In this document: one piece after another, positions 9,357 through 19,444 of the stretch
Numbering within the stretch: position 1 is the stretch's first letter
How the letters are laid out: the number at the start of each line of letters is the position of its first letter
From: a virus
Lineage: Duplodnaviria > Caudoviricetes
Length of the DNA: 64,000 bases
IMG/VR virus record: IMGVR_UViG_3300028048_000060
Location: 32,001 to 96,000 of that record
Strand: one strand, 5' to 3'
Program-made: the position numbers and the translations under genes
Notes under the pieces: model-generated
Seen by the model: only the letters and a program-made list of their open reading frames with translations
What the model was told of the DNA's origin: nothing
The model's database searches: none

Positions 9357-10595
9357 ATGGATTTAGATAAAACAATAAATGAAGCGCTTAATGATTCTGA
9401 AATCAAAGATGCTATTAAAGAGCAAATTGACCTTGTAACTGAAGCTAAGTCTCAGGAGCGAGTTAAGGTTCTCTTAGAAGATGAAATCTCAAAGCTAGAC
9501 ACACAGTGTGATGAGTTCAAACAGGAATTAAAGAAAGAAAATGAAGAAATCCTTAATTCTAAGATAGATGAATTAGAAAAACACTGTGAAGACTACAAAG
9601 AAGAAGTTAGAAAAGAACTTGAAGAGCACTATAAGGCAGAACAAAAGAAATTCACTAAGGAACTGACTGAAAAGGTTTCTGAGTACGTTGATAAGGTTGT
9701 TGAAAACTTCCTTAATAAACACAGAGAAACATTTGTTCAGAACAGAAACTCAATGAAAGTTGAGTCTATCTTAGAAGCATTAAGTGCTGTTTGTGCTGTT
9801 GCAGGAGTAAGGTCTCAGCAGATTACTGAGGGAACTAAATACTTAGCAAATAAAGATGCTATTGTTTATAAGCAAAGAGCAGAAAATCTTAAAGCTAAAC
9901 TTTTAGAGTCACAACAGGAAGTAATTGATACTCAGAACGAAATGGAATCTGAGTTAAATGATGAAAAGGCTAAGACTTCAGAACTTGAAGAAGCCCTGAA
10001 GATGACGGTCAGAGAGAACAAACTTAACGAACAGAAGATTCAAGACCTAAAAGAAAAATTACAACAGAACTTGGATTCATTCAATGAATTAAAGTCTTCT
10101 AGTAAGAAACTTTTAGAAGAAGTTGAAAATCTCACTGAGTCTAATAAAGAACTTAAAGAAAAGAATAATTCTTTAACTGAGTCTATTAAGACTTTAAAGA
10201 CTGACTTTAGGTCTCTTAACTCAAAGAACATTCAACTCTCAGAATCAGTTAAGAGTTTGTCACAGGAAAATAAAAACTTAAATTCTGAGAACGCTAAAAT
10301 CCTCAAGATGGGTGTTATCTCAGAAATGAAGCAGGGAATGACTCTAACTGAAGCTAAGAGATTTGAACAAATAGCTGACCAAATTCCATTTGAACAAACT
10401 AAAGATTATTTTGATAAGCTAGAAGTTTTAAAAGAAGAACTTCTTAACAATCCTAAATATAAGAAGTTGAATGAAGTTACAGATGAACCAGAAACAGAAG
10501 ACACAGAATCTTCAGAATTTGGTTTAGATGACTTAGACCTAGACTCAGAACAGAACTTAGATGATGAAAGTTCACGTTGGGATAGGTTGATTTAA
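9357..10595 (+). CDS. Prohead scaffold protein, gp22-like
   Basis: Coiled coil between protease and capsid genes; V..YVD.VVE.F motif. Confidence 0.75.
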   Translation: MDLDKTINEALNDSEIKDAIKEQIDLVTEAKSQERVKVLLEDEISKLDTQCDEFKQELKKENEEILNSKIDELEKHCEDYKEEVRKELEEHYKAEQKKFTKELTEKVSEYVDKVVENFLNKHRETFVQNRNSMKVESILEALSAVCAVAGVRSQQITEGTKYLANKDAIVYKQRAENLKAKLLESQQEVIDTQNEMESELNDEKAKTSELEEALKMTVRENKLNEQKIQDLKEKLQQNLDSFNELKSSSKKLLEEVENLTESNKELKEKNNSLTESIKTLKTDFRSLNSKNIQLSESVKSLSQENKNLNSENAKILKMGVISEMKQGMTLTEAKRFEQIADQIPFEQTKDYFDKLEVLKEELLNNPKYKKLNEVTDEPETEDTESSEFGLDDLDLDSEQNLDDESSRWDRLI

Positions 10596-10621
10596 CCGTT
10601 TAACGATTTTTAGAGTTCAAA

Positions 10622-10629
10622 TATAAATA
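10622..10629 (+). promoter_or_regulatory. T4-type late promoter TATAAATA
   Basis: Exact consensus upstream of capsid gene. Confidence 0.8.
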
Positions 10630-10659
10630 AATTAAAACTAATAAAAAGGAGAAGCCAAT

Positions 10660-12042
10660 ATGGCAGATATTTTAACCGAAGCAAGAAATTATGCACAGGA
10701 TAAGGGAAAGGCTCGCGATGTGCTTAACTCAACTAAGTATAAGCCACTTACTGAGTCACAGCGCGCAGATATGTCTCTTATGTTACGAAACACACAGTCA
10801 GAACTGAAGAACATGCTGAATGAAGGCACAATGAGTTCAGATATTGCACAGTTTACTCCTATCATTCTTCCAATGGTAAGACGTGTATATCCAAACTTAA
10901 TTGCCAACGAACTCTTAGGTGTTCAACCAATGGCAATGCCAACTGGTTACATCTATGCGTTAGTTAATCAGTATATTGGTGATGGTGTAAACTTCACTGA
11001 TGAAGGAACTTCTCCAACTGGTGTAATCTATGAAGTTGAAGATGGTTCTGCTTTAACTGTTTCAGTTGGTGATGTAGCAGGTGATGGTAAGGTTCTCTAT
11101 ATTGAAGACAACAAGGTTTTATGTAGTTTTACTACTACTAAACTTCCTGTCGGTGATACTTCATTAGGTTCTGCTATCACTGGTAAGTACACTAACGAAG
11201 CCGCATTTGGTAAGATTCTGAAGAACTTCACCGGTCCTTATACCACTTGGGACGCTGAACGTAAGGGCGACGATATGTCCGAAATCGGTTTCAGCATTGC
11301 CAAGAAAATGGTAGAAGTTGAAAACAGAGCTTTAAAGGGTCGTTACACTGTTGAAATGTATCAGGACTTAAAGGCACAGCACGGTTTAGCCGCTGATGAT
11401 GAACTTATGTCCTTAATGCAGTATGAAATCCAGGCTGAAATGGACAGACAGGTTGTAGACTTTGTTAACTCAAATGCTACCCAGTTACCTGATACCAACT
11501 TTGGTATTCCAGCAACTCAGGCTGATATCATTATTCCTGATGGTCGTTGGGAAATTGAACGTTATCGTGCTCAAACTGTTCGTATTGCTAAGGAAGCTAC
11601 TTTAATTGGTATCGACACCAAGCGTGGACAGGGTAATTTCTTACTCGTATCTCCACTTGTAGCTACTATGTTAGAACAGGTTGGTTCATTCCAGGCCGCT
11701 CCTGTTGCTAGTGGTGTAAATGCTCCAGTATCAGGTGGTATTGCAGGTACATTTGATAATCGTTATAAGGTTGTAATTGACCAGTATGCTACAAATGATT
11801 ATTGTACAGTTCTTTACAAGGGTACTGACAGACGTGACTCAATGGGATTCTTTGCTCCATATGTTCCACTTGCATTTACTCGTGTAACTAACTTCGAATC
11901 AGGTCAGCCTGCTATCATTGCTAAGACTCGTTATGCCTTAACAACTATTCCAGGTATTGAATCTCCTGATTCAAATGACCGCGCTAAGGCTTACGCTCGT
12001 AGCTTTGGTATCGATTTTGCGAACACAATCCTTGCTAGATAA
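10660..12042 (+). CDS. Major capsid protein, gp23-like
   Basis: MVRRVYPNLIA..GVQPM..PTG, QDLKAQHG, FFAPYVPL, KTRYAL motifs. Confidence 0.97.
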   Translation: MADILTEARNYAQDKGKARDVLNSTKYKPLTESQRADMSLMLRNTQSELKNMLNEGTMSSDIAQFTPIILPMVRRVYPNLIANELLGVQPMAMPTGYIYALVNQYIGDGVNFTDEGTSPTGVIYEVEDGSALTVSVGDVAGDGKVLYIEDNKVLCSFTTTKLPVGDTSLGSAITGKYTNEAAFGKILKNFTGPYTTWDAERKGDDMSEIGFSIAKKMVEVENRALKGRYTVEMYQDLKAQHGLAADDELMSLMQYEIQAEMDRQVVDFVNSNATQLPDTNFGIPATQADIIIPDGRWEIERYRAQTVRIAKEATLIGIDTKRGQGNFLLVSPLVATMLEQVGSFQAAPVASGVNAPVSGGIAGTFDNRYKVVIDQYATNDYCTVLYKGTDRRDSMGFFAPYVPLAFTRVTNFESGQPAIIAKTRYALTTIPGIESPDSNDRAKAYARSFGIDFANTILAR

Positions 12043-12087
12043 TTTTAGGTATTTTAAGTAACTAGATTATCTTATAAACAACGTTTA

Positions 12088-12115
12088 AATACCCTCTTAA
12101 TTGAGGGTATTTTTA
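12088..12115 (+). terminator. Intrinsic terminator after capsid gene
   Basis: aaataccctc-ttaatt-gagggtattt followed by T run. Confidence 0.8.
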
Positions 12116-12177
12116 TGTCTTGAAAGTCTCCATAAAATCATATATAATTACAATAATATAAACTAATAGGATAATAT

Positions 12178-13896
12178 ATGATAAACGAAGAATATCTAAA
12201 CACTCCCTCACGTAAACTTCCCAAAGATAAACGCTCGTTCAACGAGTTTATATACACTGAAGTCTTTAAACAGAATGATATCTCATTGTCTGATTTTCTT
12301 TATAAAGTAAGCACCTTATGGAAGACTGAGAAGTTTAACTGTTTTCTAAAATACATTCAAACAGTTGAAGATTTAGAGTATAAGAACACTGACTTTAGAT
12401 TTGTAAGTGCGTATTATCGTAAGTGCCTTTATATCTGCCCAGGTTGTGGAAAAGAATCACTCACAAGGTATTGTAGTCAGAAGTGTTCTAATGTAGACCC
12501 TGAAGTTAAGAAAAAGAAAGCACAGACATCACTAAAACACTTTGGAGTTCCTAATCCAGGTCAGTCTGAACAAGTAAGGGAGAAAATTAAAGAAACATCA
12601 ATAAAACACTTTGGGGTTCAGTGTTCGTTTCAAGCAGAGTCTGTTAAAAATAAAATGAAGGAAACGAGTCTTCGAAAGTTCGGTGTAGAACATCCTATGA
12701 AGTCGGATATCGTTAAAGAGCATCAAAAAGAATCTATAAGAGAACGATTAGGTGTAGATTATCCTATGCATTCTAAGGAGGTTCGTGAAAAATCGAAGAA
12801 GACTTGTTTAGGAAAATACGGAGAAGAGAATGTCGCTAAGTCAGATTACTTTAAAGAAAAGCTATTTAATACTAACTTTAATAAGCATCACAAGAATATT
12901 CAAGACTTTAACCATGAGTTTATAAGAGAGAACTTCATAGAAGACTGTAAGTTCAAGATTCAAGAGTTTGAGGATTACTTCGGGATAAACTCACGTGTAG
13001 TAGCTAATCGTTTTAAAAGAAAACTTGGAATCCTTGAGCAGAATAATGATAGTTATATAGACCAGGGATATTCAAAAGAAGAAAAGGAACTCTTCGAATG
13101 GATTCCAACAGAAAATAAAGTATGTAATATAAGGTCTATTATAAATCCGTTGGAATTGGATATGTATCTTCCTGATTATAAACTTGCGATAGAATATGAT
13201 GGTGCCTATTATCACTCAGAACAGTTTAAACCCGAAGGCTATCATATTTTTAAGACATCAGAGTGTGAGAAACATGGAATTCAGCTATTACACATCTTCG
13301 ATTTTGAAGATATCGAGATATGGAAGTCTATAATATCAGGAAAGTTAAAGAAGAATACTAAAATCTTTGCAAGAAAATGCACAGTAAAGGAATTATCCTT
13401 CAATGAAGCAAAAATGTTCTTAGAGGAAAATCACCTACAAGGTTCCTGTCCTTCAAAGTACAGATATGGATTATTCTATAACGGAGAATTAGTCCAAGTA
13501 ATGACGTTTGGAGTTCCTAGGTTTAATAAACGGTATGACTTCGAGTTATTAAGATTAGCTTCTAAGAAGTTTACCTCCGTAGTAGGTGGCGCGTCAAAAC
13601 TCTTGAAATTCTTTAGAGATTCTCACACTGGGTCTATTATATCCTATGCCAATCGAAGGTTCTCTTTAGGTGATGTTTATAGAAAACTAGGGTTTAGACA
13701 ACTCGGGATAACTAATGTAAACTATTTTTATGCAGGGCATAACGAGGTTCTTACTCGATACCAGTGTCAAAAACATAAACTCAAAGACCTTTTAGAGAAC
13801 TTTGACCCGTCTAAGACAGAGTCAGAGAATATGAGACTAAACGGATATTTTAAAGTCTTCGATTGTGGAAATCTTATATTCTCGCTAATAGCATAA
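12178..13896 (+). CDS. Free-standing homing endonuclease, Hef-like (PD-(D/E)xK/DUF559-type core)
   Basis: CPGCG..YCSQKC zinc ribbon, K.T.L.K(F/Y)GV repeats, ELDMYLP..KLAIEYDG.YYHS, IFARKC, VVGGASKLLK. Confidence 0.8.
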   Translation: MINEEYLNTPSRKLPKDKRSFNEFIYTEVFKQNDISLSDFLYKVSTLWKTEKFNCFLKYIQTVEDLEYKNTDFRFVSAYYRKCLYICPGCGKESLTRYCSQKCSNVDPEVKKKKAQTSLKHFGVPNPGQSEQVREKIKETSIKHFGVQCSFQAESVKNKMKETSLRKFGVEHPMKSDIVKEHQKESIRERLGVDYPMHSKEVREKSKKTCLGKYGEENVAKSDYFKEKLFNTNFNKHHKNIQDFNHEFIRENFIEDCKFKIQEFEDYFGINSRVVANRFKRKLGILEQNNDSYIDQGYSKEEKELFEWIPTENKVCNIRSIINPLELDMYLPDYKLAIEYDGAYYHSEQFKPEGYHIFKTSECEKHGIQLLHIFDFEDIEIWKSIISGKLKKNTKIFARKCTVKELSFNEAKMFLEENHLQGSCPSKYRYGLFYNGELVQVMTFGVPRFNKRYDFELLRLASKKFTSVVGGASKLLKFFRDSHTGSIISYANRRFSLGDVYRKLGFRQLGITNVNYFYAGHNEVLTRYQCQKHKLKDLLENFDPSKTESENMRLNGYFKVFDCGNLIFSLIA

Positions 13897-13924
13897 TAGT
13901 CTAGTAGCATAATCAAATAAATTT

Positions 13925-13952
13925 AAGCCCTTAGTTTTCTAAGGGCTTTTAT
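13925..13952 (+). terminator. Intrinsic terminator
   Basis: aagcccttag/ctaagggctt stem followed by T run. Confidence 0.75.
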
Positions 13953-14035
13953 TTTCTCTCAGAATATCTAAAATTTTTATTCTGTATCTTTATATAAAGA
14001 ACTAAGATTTAAACTTTAATGTCTTTAAAACATCT

Positions 14036-14086
14036 TTTGTCTTTAAACAAAAATCCTTTGAAGTTCTAAGATATATAAAATATAAT
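14036..14086 (+). promoter_or_regulatory. Early sigma70 promoter with degenerate palindromic box
   Basis: TTTGTCTTTAAACAAAA, then TTGAAG-N17-TATAAT. Confidence 0.6.
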
Positions 14087-14107
14087 AAATAAAACGATTT
14101 AAATGAA

Positions 14108-15031
14108 ATGGAGAATATAATGAATTTTTTAAACTACCCTGAAGTTGATATTGCACGAAGAAACCTAGACAAAGAAATTGAGTTAATTTGGACTGGATTT
14201 AGAACCTGTTACTCTAACAAAGTTAACTATGACGATATGTATCCATTTAAACTTGATTTCTCAACAACTGAATTAAAAGAAAAATCTTATTCTATTATTA
14301 AAGACATAAAGAATTTTTACATAAAAGAACTTTGTAAGACCTTTGGTGAACTCAAAGAAATTTCTAAAAGGTTCAACTACAGTGTTCCTGGATATATTGA
14401 ACATTTTACACAGGAAAACCTAGAACTGTTCTTCGACTCAGAAGTGTCTGCATTAGGACAGGCAATCTCAGAAGGGACTGTGTGTCTTAATGAAAAGGCT
14501 AAAGAAGGATATGAGTTTCTTAGAAGTATCTTAGCATGTAAGTGGGTCTATCCAAAGTTAAGAATAGGTCATGGAAGTCCTTTAGAACATGGTGTTATTT
14601 CATTTAAGGTTAAGAATTGTTCCAGAAGTCTCACACATCAGTTGGTAAGACACAGAGTAGCTTCCTATTCACAGTCATCACAAAGATATATCTCAGAGGA
14701 CCCTGATAACTTAGAGTTTGTTATTCCTAAGGAAATCCAGGGTAATCCAGAAGCACTAAAGATTGTAGAAGAATACCTGGAAAATCTAAGTTCCTCTATA
14801 AAGAAATTAAAAGAATTAAAAGTAAGAAATGAGGATATAAGATGTATTTATCCAAATGCTATTACAACTGATATCCAAGTCACAATGAACTTCAGAGAAC
14901 TAAGACACTTTATTGGTCTTAGATTGTCTAAACATGCACAGGATGAAATCAGAAAAGTTGCTTTTGACTTATTGTGTTATATGTGTCTAAGTGTTCCTTT
15001 TGTATTTGCTGACCTAACAGAAGTAGAATAA
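14108..15031 (+). CDS. thyX: Flavin-dependent thymidylate synthase
   Basis: GHGSPLEH, SRSLTHQLVRHRVASYSQSSQRY, MNFREL..F..LR, AQDEIR. Confidence 0.95.
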   Translation: MENIMNFLNYPEVDIARRNLDKEIELIWTGFRTCYSNKVNYDDMYPFKLDFSTTELKEKSYSIIKDIKNFYIKELCKTFGELKEISKRFNYSVPGYIEHFTQENLELFFDSEVSALGQAISEGTVCLNEKAKEGYEFLRSILACKWVYPKLRIGHGSPLEHGVISFKVKNCSRSLTHQLVRHRVASYSQSSQRYISEDPDNLEFVIPKEIQGNPEALKIVEEYLENLSSSIKKLKELKVRNEDIRCIYPNAITTDIQVTMNFRELRHFIGLRLSKHAQDEIRKVAFDLLCYMCLSVPFVFADLTEVE

Positions 15032-15050
15032 TCTATTAATCTATATCCCT

Positions 15051-15078
15051 AAAGGTCTCCTAAATGGAGGCCTTTTCT
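15051..15078 (+). terminator. Intrinsic terminator
   Basis: aaaggtctcc-taaat-ggaggccttt followed by T run. Confidence 0.7.
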
Positions 15079-15223
15079 TTATTAATCAATTTAAAGCATT
15101 TTAAAATCATTATCTTTATATAATAAACCAAGATTTAAATGCTTAAATGCTCTAAAGCCCCAAGCCTGTTCTGAATGTTATATAAAGTTTGTCCATCCAG
15201 TGTGCTCAAATAGTATAGATAAA

Positions 15224-15275
15224 TTTGGGTTAAACCCAAAAATATCTTGATATTAAACTCAAAATATATTATAAT
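15224..15275 (+). promoter_or_regulatory. Early promoter repeat (palindromic box plus -35/-10)
   Basis: TTTGGGTTAAACCCAAA; TTGATA-N17-TATAAT. Confidence 0.85.
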
Positions 15276-15307
15276 ATTAAACATAAAGAGATTAAGGAGT
15301 AAAGACT

Positions 15308-15526
15308 ATGAGAGCAAAAATAGTTAGAGACTGGCTTAACGAAACAGCATTTACAAGATGTTTAAAGGCTAAATTTTTCCGTATAGTTAGGTCTGATGGT
15401 AAACAGTTGTATGACCAACTTGAAGCAAGGAAGTATCCCGAATTTATACATATTACACCTGTTCTAAGAATGGAAGTAACAAATATCGAAGAAATAGAGG
15501 AATATTTTATTGTCACTGTAAAGTGA
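15308..15526 (+). CDS. Hypothetical early protein
   Basis: RBS AGGAG after early promoter. Confidence 0.7.
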   Translation: MRAKIVRDWLNETAFTRCLKAKFFRIVRSDGKQLYDQLEARKYPEFIHITPVLRMEVTNIEEIEEYFIVTVK

Positions 15527-15552
15527 TTTATAGGATTACAGGAGTAAAGACT

Positions 15553-15900
15553 ATGAGAAACGATAATTACAAGAGTTTTATCCCAACCAGAATGCCTAAT
15601 GGCTTACCTTATGAGTTTAAGTTCCATCACCTGCTTGACTTCGCAGACTATGGTGGTAAAATCAAGAACATCAAAGAATGCTTCAATAACATCTTAGAAG
15701 ACAACAAGTTTGACATTAAAGCACTCGCAGAACTGTATGTAGCTCTAAATGTCAGAATATGGTTCCACTATGAGAATGGTAACGAAAGATTTGCTAGACT
15801 TTACAACGAGTTCTTCTGCAAAGTAAAGAGATACGTTTACTCTAAGAAAGCCAATTTCTCACAGGAAGACTTAGATTATTTCTTTGATTTCACAGATTAG
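15553..15900 (+). CDS. Conserved phage hypothetical protein
   Basis: Start moved to ATG with AGGAG RBS; L.EL..ALN.RIW.HY...LY and YFF..TD motifs. Confidence 0.7.
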   Translation: MRNDNYKSFIPTRMPNGLPYEFKFHHLLDFADYGGKIKNIKECFNNILEDNKFDIKALAELYVALNVRIWFHYENGNERFARLYNEFFCKVKRYVYSKKANFSQEDLDYFFDFTD

Positions 15901-15950
15901 TGATTAACAATACAAGAGGGACTCTCAGAGCCCCTCTAAAAGGAGATTTT

Positions 15951-16484
15951 ATGTGCAAAATAGACAAAACTAAGATTTACTCAGTTATTGATATTATTAA
16001 AGGAAATTTCGACACAGACTCTGATGCCTTTTCAAAAGGATACTTTACAAACGACCTAGAGTCACTTAGTGGAGATCCTGCCGAATTCGTAGCAAAAGCA
16101 CAATTCCGCAAATTAGAGAACACAACCCTTTGTGATTATGCTTTTAGAGCATCAGATGGAAAATGGTACAAGTACTTTGTTCCTGAGGATGGCGTAGAGT
16201 TAGAAAACACTCCTAAGTCTAAGGACTTTATTACTCTTAGAGACTTTCTAAGAATCTTTGATTCGAACCTAAGGTCTAAGAGACGAATAGAAGTCTTTGT
16301 TTGGGATGACAAAGAATACGATGGTCTCATCTCAGACATTCCTGAGGATTCCACATACTTAGATGGTGAAGTGATAAATTTCAGCACTTACATAGATGAT
16401 GGATTCTCCGAATGTGGAGAAAGGAACTATGACAAAAGAACACTTACACTTGAGCCAGTGTTGACAGTATTCATAGAAGACTAA
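15951..16484 (+). CDS. Hypothetical protein, LDKRI-family N-domain fused to a small domain
   Basis: Start moved to ATG after AGGAG; IDK, GYF, KYFVPE motifs. Confidence 0.65.
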   Translation: MCKIDKTKIYSVIDIIKGNFDTDSDAFSKGYFTNDLESLSGDPAEFVAKAQFRKLENTTLCDYAFRASDGKWYKYFVPEDGVELENTPKSKDFITLRDFLRIFDSNLRSKRRIEVFVWDDKEYDGLISDIPEDSTYLDGEVINFSTYIDDGFSECGERNYDKRTLTLEPVLTVFIED

Positions 16485-16529
16485 CAGAGAACTATTTAGG
16501 GAAAATATGAAATAGGCTATTAGGTTATT

Positions 16530-16730
16530 ATGACATTAGATGATTTTTTAAAGACTAAAATGTTATCTGTTTTTAACGATATAAACATTTACTTAAATGG
16601 TGAACTTGTATTATCAGGCGTAGATGTTTATACTGTCTCACTGAATTCTAAGTATGATATCTATAAAAGCTATGTTGTTATAACAGCACAAGAAAACTTC
16701 AGTGAACTTTCAATCTTTTTGAGTTTTTAG
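16530..16730 (+). CDS. Small hypothetical protein (MTL..FL family)
   Basis: ORF track; resembles other ~65 aa paralogs. Confidence 0.6.
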   Translation: MTLDDFLKTKMLSVFNDINIYLNGELVLSGVDVYTVSLNSKYDIYKSYVVITAQENFSELSIFLSF

Positions 16731-16743
16731 TGGTAAATAAAAA

Positions 16744-16796
16744 TTTGTCTTTAACTAAAATTTTTCCTTGAATTTAACCCCAAAATACATTATAAT
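16744..16796 (+). promoter_or_regulatory. Early promoter repeat
   Basis: TTTGTCTTTAACTAAAA; TTGAAT-N17-TATAAT. Confidence 0.85.
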
Positions 16797-16830
16797 AATA
16801 AACATAAAGAGATAGCAATGGAGAACAGAT

Positions 16831-18138
16831 ATGATTTTAGAAATCTTAGAACAACTCAGAAATACAACCTCTACTAAAGAGAAGTTTAATATCCTTTTAA
16901 GTCATAAAGACAACAAGGAATTAGAAAAGGTCTTAAAGTACACCTACGACAAGGTAAACTTTACTTATGGTGTAACTTCAAAGACTGTCTTGGACTTTGA
17001 TTCCAACGAATACTCAGACAAAGAAATGTTCGAAGTCTTAGATATTCTTAACAGAAGAGAAGTAACAGGTCATAGTGCATTAGCATTAGCAAAGAACTTC
17101 TATGTTTCATGTGATAAGACAATTAAGGATTTATTCCTTAAAATCTTAGACAGAGACTTAAAGATTGGTGTCAATGAAAAGACTTTGAATAAGGTCTTTA
17201 AGGGAATTGTTCCAAAACCTTTCTACTGCAGATGTGGCCTACTCTCAGAAAAGACTTTAAAGAAGTTTGTATTTCCTGGATATATCCAGTTAAAGTGTGA
17301 TGGTACTTACAGAGAAGCATACGTCCACAATGGCATTGTAGAGTTTAAGACTCGTTCAGGTGAGTCTTACAAGAACCCAGTCTTAGAAGAAATTCTGAAG
17401 ACTCTTCCTGATGGATACTACTTAGGTGAGTTTACCTTAGGAAGGGCGGATAATCCTGATGCTAACAGAGCAGAAGGAAACGGAAACATTAACTCAGATA
17501 ATCCTGACTATAACAACATCCACTTCACAGTTTGGGACTGTCTAACTGAAGATGAATACGCCTTAAAGGATTCTAAGAGAAACTATGACGAACGTCTTAT
17601 TGATATGCGTTTAAATATCGAAAGACTCAATTCACCATTAGTCCAGGTCGTCCCAAGTCTTAAGGTTTACGACATTGAAGATGCTTTAAAGGCTACTTCA
17701 GACTGGATGAACAAAGGACTTGAAGGTGGTGTTCTTAAGTCATTTAACATGAAGTTCAAGAATGGAACTTCTAAAGAACAGTTAAAGATTAAGTTAAAAG
17801 TCGATGTTGAAGTTAGATGTACTGGATTCTTAGAAGGAACTAAGGGAACTAAGTACGAGGGAAAGAACAAGGTTATTACTTTCGAAAATGACGAAGGAAC
17901 TATCAAAGGACAGTGTTCAGGAATGACTGACTCTATGGTAGATGAGGTCACTAAGAATCCTGAAAAGTATATTGGTAAGGTTCTGAGTGTTCAGTTTAAT
18001 GACTTGACCAAAGCAGAAGGCCACGAATTCTATGCATTAAGCCATCCAAGATTTATGGAGTGGAGGGACGATAAGGACGAAACTGACACTCTTGAAAAGG
18101 CTATTCAGTTAAGAGATATGGCGAGAGGATTAAAGTAA
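16831..18138 (+). CDS. ATP-dependent DNA ligase, gp30-like
   Basis: KCDG adenylation motif, GE, F.VWD, EGGVLK, KIKLK, HPRF..WR.DK. Confidence 0.93.
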   Translation: MILEILEQLRNTTSTKEKFNILLSHKDNKELEKVLKYTYDKVNFTYGVTSKTVLDFDSNEYSDKEMFEVLDILNRREVTGHSALALAKNFYVSCDKTIKDLFLKILDRDLKIGVNEKTLNKVFKGIVPKPFYCRCGLLSEKTLKKFVFPGYIQLKCDGTYREAYVHNGIVEFKTRSGESYKNPVLEEILKTLPDGYYLGEFTLGRADNPDANRAEGNGNINSDNPDYNNIHFTVWDCLTEDEYALKDSKRNYDERLIDMRLNIERLNSPLVQVVPSLKVYDIEDALKATSDWMNKGLEGGVLKSFNMKFKNGTSKEQLKIKLKVDVEVRCTGFLEGTKGTKYEGKNKVITFENDEGTIKGQCSGMTDSMVDEVTKNPEKYIGKVLSVQFNDLTKAEGHEFYALSHPRFMEWRDDKDETDTLEKAIQLRDMARGLK

Positions 18139-18147
18139 TAAGAACTT

Positions 18148-18175
18148 AAAGAGGATTTTTTAAATCCTCTTTTAT
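18148..18175 (+). terminator. Intrinsic terminator
   Basis: aaagaggattt/aaatcctcttt stem. Confidence 0.65.
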
Positions 18176-18191
18176 TATAATAGGACAATAA

Positions 18192-18686
18192 ATGAAAATT
18201 GAAGAATTATCCAAGATTGTTAGTATGTTTCAGGAAGAGACAGAAAAGGAATTTTCGAGAGTTCTGAAAGAAAAAGAAAAGGTGATTGGATGGAAGGAAG
18301 CCCTGTGTATTCTGTCTACAATGAAGAAAATGCTTGACTTTATCAAGGCACTAATTGACGAGCCAAATGATGAAGACCCTGATTCCTTAACTGTCTCTGT
18401 TAATCCTGAAAGCAAAGTAGCAACAATTAGGACTCCTGGAAGATACAAAGACCAAGATACTACCCTTATAGTTCGTGTCTCAGAGGCTCCTGTCCCTGCT
18501 CCTGGTGAATTTAAGTTTGATTTTAAGATAGAATACCTCCACACTGAAGGTCAAGAAGAAGTGCTTCAGGAGACATTTTTCTGTTGTAAACCTTTCTGGT
18601 ATCTAGTACAACACGAGCAAGATAAACTGAAAAGATTTAAAGAAGACAACGCTGAGAACCCTTTAGAATGGAGTAACAGATTATGA
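18192..18686 (+). CDS. Hypothetical protein
   Basis: ORF with RBS. Confidence 0.65.
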   Translation: MKIEELSKIVSMFQEETEKEFSRVLKEKEKVIGWKEALCILSTMKKMLDFIKALIDEPNDEDPDSLTVSVNPESKVATIRTPGRYKDQDTTLIVRVSEAPVPAPGEFKFDFKIEYLHTEGQEEVLQETFFCCKPFWYLVQHEQDKLKRFKEDNAENPLEWSNRL

Positions 18687-18868
18687 TAGTAGCAGAAGTT
18701 TTAGCCAAGTCATCACCTAGAAAGGTGATTCATATTATCGACGATAGTGGTGAAAGTTTCTTTTGCGGAATGGTAAAGGACTGCCCGGTTGAACTCTATG
18801 GTCTAGAAGTCTACGACACTGCTAGATGGTTTGTAAGAGTTAAGTCAGTAAAGCATGAGGGATTTTAA
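18683..18868 (+). CDS. Small hypothetical protein, paralog of 36748
   Basis: L.KS.P...I....G...F.G.V.D.P pattern shared. Confidence 0.6.
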   Translation: MIVAEVLAKSSPRKVIHIIDDSGESFFCGMVKDCPVELYGLEVYDTARWFVRVKSVKHEGF

Positions 18869-18952
18869 CACTGACATCATTCAAATGTTCTCAAAAAGAG
18901 TTAAAGCATTAAAGATTATTTGTTTAATTATTATAAGACATAAGGATTTAAA

Positions 18953-19204
18953 ATGAATCTTGAAGGAACTCTTAATACACTTTCTCAGTTACAGTGCAGA
19001 ACAAATATCTATTCTATTTGTGTCCAGGAGATAATTGGCTTTGGAAAGTTCAGGACTGTCTTAGAAGAAAAGTTTATTAAGAGCATTAAAGAAAACAAAG
19101 ACTTTAATAAGTATAAGTCTTATCATACTAAAGAAATTCAGTTTTTATCTGGGAAGTGTTATATCTATATTATAGACAGATCAAATCTGTTTAAATTTGA
19201 ATAA
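18953..19204 (+). CDS. Hypothetical protein
   Basis: ORF with RBS. Confidence 0.55.
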   Translation: MNLEGTLNTLSQLQCRTNIYSICVQEIIGFGKFRTVLEEKFIKSIKENKDFNKYKSYHTKEIQFLSGKCYIYIIDRSNLFKFE

Positions 19205-19222
19205 TTAAGGAGTCAAACCTAG

Positions 19223-19444
19223 ATGACTGTTGAAGAACTTATCAAAGAGTTACAAAAGATTGAAAATAAGAAAAGTTGTGTTAAGGTAGCTATTAATCCT
19301 TATGGCTTCCTAAAATACGAGGCTATTCGTGATGTAAGAGTAGCTGATGATAAGGAAAAGGAGACAGTCATTCACCAACAGAATTTACGACACTTTACAG
19401 ATAATGGCTATGTAGTCATTGAAGGTGGAGGAAGGGGCGAATGA
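19223..19444 (+). CDS. Hypothetical protein (MTV.ELI..L family)
   Basis: N-terminal helix shared with 22356, 27598, 44945, 47537. Confidence 0.65.
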   Translation: MTVEELIKELQKIENKKSCVKVAINPYGFLKYEAIRDVRVADDKEKETVIHQQNLRHFTDNGYVVIEGGGRGE

